Of a stretch of 64,000 nucleotides of DNA, positions 59,715 through 64,000 are shown piece by piece. The position numbers were made by a program, and so were the translations under genes. Source of the DNA: Cyanophora paradoxa CCMP329. Lineage: Eukaryota; Plantae; Glaucophyta. Within the stretch, counting starts at the first letter, position 1; every line of letters starts with the position of its first letter. The notes beneath the pieces were generated by a model that did no database searches, had not been told where the DNA came from, and was given only the letters and a program-made list of their open reading frames with translations. The stretch covers positions 124,001 to 188,000 of the forward strand of contig QPMI01000143.1 of assembly GCA_004431415.1 (NCBI GenBank), written 5' to 3'.

Positions 59715-62700
59715 GCCCGAAAGAAATCGCTAATCGACATATTCTAACTCTAGCTAGCTTAAAAGGCCTGACTATGAGTGATTGCGAAATCGAATGACTT
59801 AAAAACTTTCAAATGAGAAGAACGGTAAGCATAAGTCTTCCAATCTGTTTCATGAAAGGTGAAGCTTGAGGGTCTATATAGCTACGTATACTGTGACTGA
59901 AATCCAACTGGAAACTCTAATCCAATGATTGAATTTCGAAGGTTCCAGGAATCGAAGCTCGCACTATGTCGCGGCTGCGGCGGCGACGTCGACGGGCTTT
60001 GCACTTGGCTTTGCACGTGGGAACGGAGGGAAGCGGCCGGCCCGCGGGGAAGGTCGGAGGAGGGGGCCGGCCGGGGCGCGGCCGGCGGGCTAGGGGCGGA
60101 GGAGGAGGTGCCAGCCGATGGAGGGCGGGTCGAGGGGGATGCCGAGGGCGCGACAGACGCCGGCGAGCGCGGCCCGCGCCGCCGCCTCGTCGATCTGCCC
60201 CGGCCCCGCCGCGCGTCAGGCGCCGAGGCGACCCCGAAGGATGCGAAAGCAGGGGAAGGACCCTGAGGAGGGGGCCGGGGAGGTGGCAGTGGGCGATGCG
60301 GCGGGGGCCGGGGGCGGTCCCCGCGGGGGCGGGGGCCTGCAGCTGGTCGGGCGCCGGCTCCACGAGGAAGAAGGCGTGCCGCCTGAACGCCAGGAAGGCC
60401 TGCGCGGCGGGGCCGGGCCGGGGCCGCGGAGCCACGTCGGCGTGAGAGCCGGTACCAGAGCTAGGATCCGGAGGGCGACGATGCTAAAGCTTTAGAATAG
60501 TGGAAGCGCTCAGGGTGCGCCGGTGCCGGGGATCGCGGTATCGATATCGATCGATGGCGAAGCTCCATCCATGCCAGCGGCGACCCGCAATCGAATTCGA
60601 GGCGCCGGCGCCGCAGCCGGCCCGCGCCCCTCTTCTTAAACGGCGCTCCTAGCGCGCGATCGTTTAAGACGGGGCCCCTCTTAGAAGGAGGTCGATCGCG
60701 ATCGCCGTCGCACTCACCAGGGCGGGGGAGCTGCCCCGCTCGCCTTCGCGAAAGCGCGGCGCCGCAGCGCCCGCCGCCCCTGCGTGCGCCGGCGCCACCG
60801 CGGGCACGTCGGCCGCGCCGAGCGTGAGCTCGAGCCGAGGGCGGGGCGCATCCGAGCGCACCTTCGATTCCGGCGCGAGCGTCCGGATCCGGAGCCGCAG
60901 CTGGTGGCGGCGGCTGCTGTGCCGACGTCGACGGTACCGGATCCCGCTCAGAATCGGCGCCCGTCCGCGCGGGCGCCGGCTCGGGATCGGGCGGCGCGCC
61001 GCCCGGGCTGTGGACGGCGTCGGCGTCGGCGTCTCCCTCCCCGCCGCCGCCCTCGCATGCGCATTCCTGCGCGACGCAAGTCAACAGCGTTCGGGGCATC
61101 ATGATCAGATGATCAAAACCGAAGCTGAGGCCTGGGTCTATCTATAGCTAGCCACAGATCTCGATGTATTACACGAAGCGTAGTTCTCATGGTCAGACAG
61201 ACCGAGAAGCACCAGTACCGATCGCGAGGTGGCCGCACCATGGCCAGTGAGCACCAATGGATTGCCTACGTATACGTATACGGTGGCCGTAGAAAAAGAA
61301 AAAAGAAACCGAAAGAACGCTGCACGCAGCTAAATAGAGCCTGGCGCGGCCCGGGGCGGGCCGCGGGCGGGGCAGCTGCGCAACCTTCCGACGTGGACGG
61401 CCAGACTGGGCATACACCACGGCCATCCGACGGGGAAGTTAAAGGAGAAAGGAAAAGAATATAGTGAAATCTTTGACGCGCCAGACTGAGATATCTAGAG
61501 CTGTCAGATGGGGGGAATTCGAAGTGGACTTGATGTTAAGAATCGCGGGAAAGTGCAGACCCGCGAGTATAGCGAAGCGGATATTGTCGGACGAGGAATG
61601 GGCTGACGGCCCGAAAATCGGGGGAAACAGCTGAAGAAAAGCTGAGAACAGCGGATAACGATGAAGGGATCCGCAGAAGAGAAGAGATCGTATCGAGCAC
61701 ATCGGAAAAGATGGAACAGTGCCATTAATTCTATCCATATGCATGGCCACGCGGGCGCACCTCCCAGAGGGTGAGGGGCCCGAGGGAGGCGGGGACGGCG
61801 GCGGCGGCGGCGGCGGCGGCGATGACGGCCTCCGCCTCGTCGATGTTGAGGGCGAGCCAGCCCCCCGCCCCTGCGCGCGGCACCGTCGACCGTCGCGTCA
61901 AAACGGAAGACGCAGCTGCAGGCGTGGGTCTTTAAATTTAAATTACAGAGACGTCCGCCAGGTTACGGATGTGAGCGAGATCGCGCGCACCTTCTCCCGC
62001 GTCCGATGCGTCGATGGAATCCTCAGAGGAGACGCGGCTCGCTTTGCGGGCGCCGGCCGCGTCGCGCGCGTCCTCGTGCGCCTGTGCGAAGGATGCGCTC
62101 CGCCCGTTGACGTTGTCCATCTCTGACGTCGAAGCGTCTCCGTCCGCGGCAGCGGCAGCAGCGGCCGCTCGCGTTGCCGCGCGGATGTGGGCGACTGCGA
62201 CCTCCAGCGACACGGGAGCCCCGAAGAGGAGCGAGGCCGACGCGTAAGCCGGCCCCGCGATGGATCTGGCACGCCGGCTCATATCTGTAACGCTGAAATC
62301 GATCCGACGTCGACAATTAGCTGTGTATGCATGAGCCGAATCCAGGAACTGATCATGAGGGCAGGAAGAACGAACGACTCCAATTGCAAATCTGCAGCTT
62401 CGATGGCGGTCCGGGCGCCAGACGCGTCGACGTCCACCTGCGCTCGAGTCATATATACGCGCTCGCGGGATCCCCGGAGATATCGATGATATCGACGAGG
62501 GACATATCAGGCTTGCAATTGCCTTCAAATGGGGCTTCTCCCGAGCCCGAGGCTTCTCCTCCACCTCTTCAGTGTCTCCACCGCGGCCGCGCGGCCGCGC
62601 GCGCGGTTACGTACCTCTAGATCTCCTCCTCTTGATCTCCGGGATCCTCGAGCTCGCCGAATCAGATCTCCTCGAGCTCGCCGAACTCTGCTGATCATGA

Positions 62701-64000
62701 GCCGCACCTCATGATCAGTGCACGTGCACGTGACTCAGTGACTGTGAACGCGGTTCAACGCACACGCACGCATACAGCGGCACACTGTGACACTGCGCAT
62801 GCGGCAGCTGGCAGCGCGCGCGGCTGCAGCTGGCGCCGGCAGCCTGCTGCAAGTTGCAAGGCTGCAGCTGCAAGCCAGCAAGTTGGGCTGCTCCTGCAAT
62901 CGCTGCATGCTGTTGCCATCGCTCTAAGTTTACTCGAGCTCGTACGCGTCTTGGGCGTTGGGCGGCTTGGGCCCTCGGCGAGCTCGAGCTCGAGCTCGAT
63001 CTACCTCCATCTATGGCGCAGACAATGGGGGCCTTTTTGGGGGGTAGTTCAGACTTCTTCGGCCGGACCCTCATGATCACGTGTCAGCTGGCGAAGTTAA
63101 GCTTGCGCATGCTGCGCAGGTACCGGTATGCGCGCGCGCATGCTGGCCAGTGGCCATGCATATGCCAGTTCACCAGTACCCCCTCAATAACACCCGACGT
63201 GTCATCCGTGCACCGGTACCCGCGGCCGTGACCCAGAATTCGAAGAAATGGAAAACATTTTATTTTTGTGCGTATATATACGTGTACCAGTACGTTAGCG
63301 TGTGTACGCAGTACCCGGGCCGCGGGACTCGGGAATCGGGCCGGGCCCAAAAATAATCGGGAATAGGGATATCGACGCGTACGTCGACTCGGCGATATCG
63401 CGATCGATCCCGCGGCCGCGGCCATGGCCACGGCCGCGCCGCGGCGGGCCGGGCCGCGGCCGGCCGCGCGGGGCCCGGCCCGGCGCCGCGTGCAGACTGT
63501 GCACGATCATGCATATGATCACGATCACTGAGTCATGATCACGATCATGATCATGGCCATGGGGCGCCGCGGCAGTCATGATCATGATCATGATCAGTGC
63601 ACGTCCGCCGCGGCGCCGGGCGCCCGGCTGCGGGCCGGCGCCTGCGGCCCGCGGCCGGCGCCGCCCGGCCGCCGCTGCAGCCTCCTGATCATGATTAGCT
63701 GCGCATGCAGGGCCCGGCCCTCATGACTCAGTGAGATCGCGATCGCGATTCGAATTCGAAAATTCGCGATCAAAATCCACACGCGGCGCGCGCGCGCACT
63801 GCGGCCGCCGGGCAGCCGCGTTGACCGTCGGACCATGATCAGCTCAAACTTGCAAGTTGCAATTGATATCAGAGTATCGCCGCCGAGTCGATCATCAGGC
63901 TGAAATGATTAATATTAATATAAGCTGCGTGTACAGCTGAATCGATCGCGTGTACAGCTAATATATAATTTGTGCATCATGGCATCGCCTAATAAAATCT
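59715..64000 (+). repeat. Multi-kb dispersed repeat, copy 3 (runs off the window)
   Basis: Direct repeat of ~52180-57500. Confidence 0.9.

Overview
GC-rich, intron-containing eukaryotic (protist-like) genomic DNA carrying a ~25.3 kb AT-rich island (7284-32574) that resolves into two nested, related Polinton-like endogenous viruses. The inner element (12215-26123) has 404-bp TIRs, AG...CT ends and a perfect 6-bp CTCGTT target-site duplication. It sits in inverted orientation inside the protein-primed PolB gene of the outer element, and removing it restores that reading frame. The outer element in turn interrupts a spliced, decayed RecD2-like helicase gene. Both viruses share a near-identical virion module (A32-like ATPase, double-jelly-roll MCP, penton), a conserved structured non-coding segment, TIR iterons and the first ~84 codons of the polymerase ORF. 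They then diverge: the outer has a canonical pPolB, the inner a divergent PolB-SF1 helicase-HNH fusion. The inner element also carries ~3 kb of non-coding cargo, including a ~149-bp-period satellite. The flanks hold UTP6, an uncharacterised membrane-protein gene, a multi-kb repeat in three copies, and many MITEs plus hAT, Helitron and retroposon relics. Most GC-rich ORFs in the supplied track are spurious. All protein assignments come from motif recognition by eye, not from database searches.
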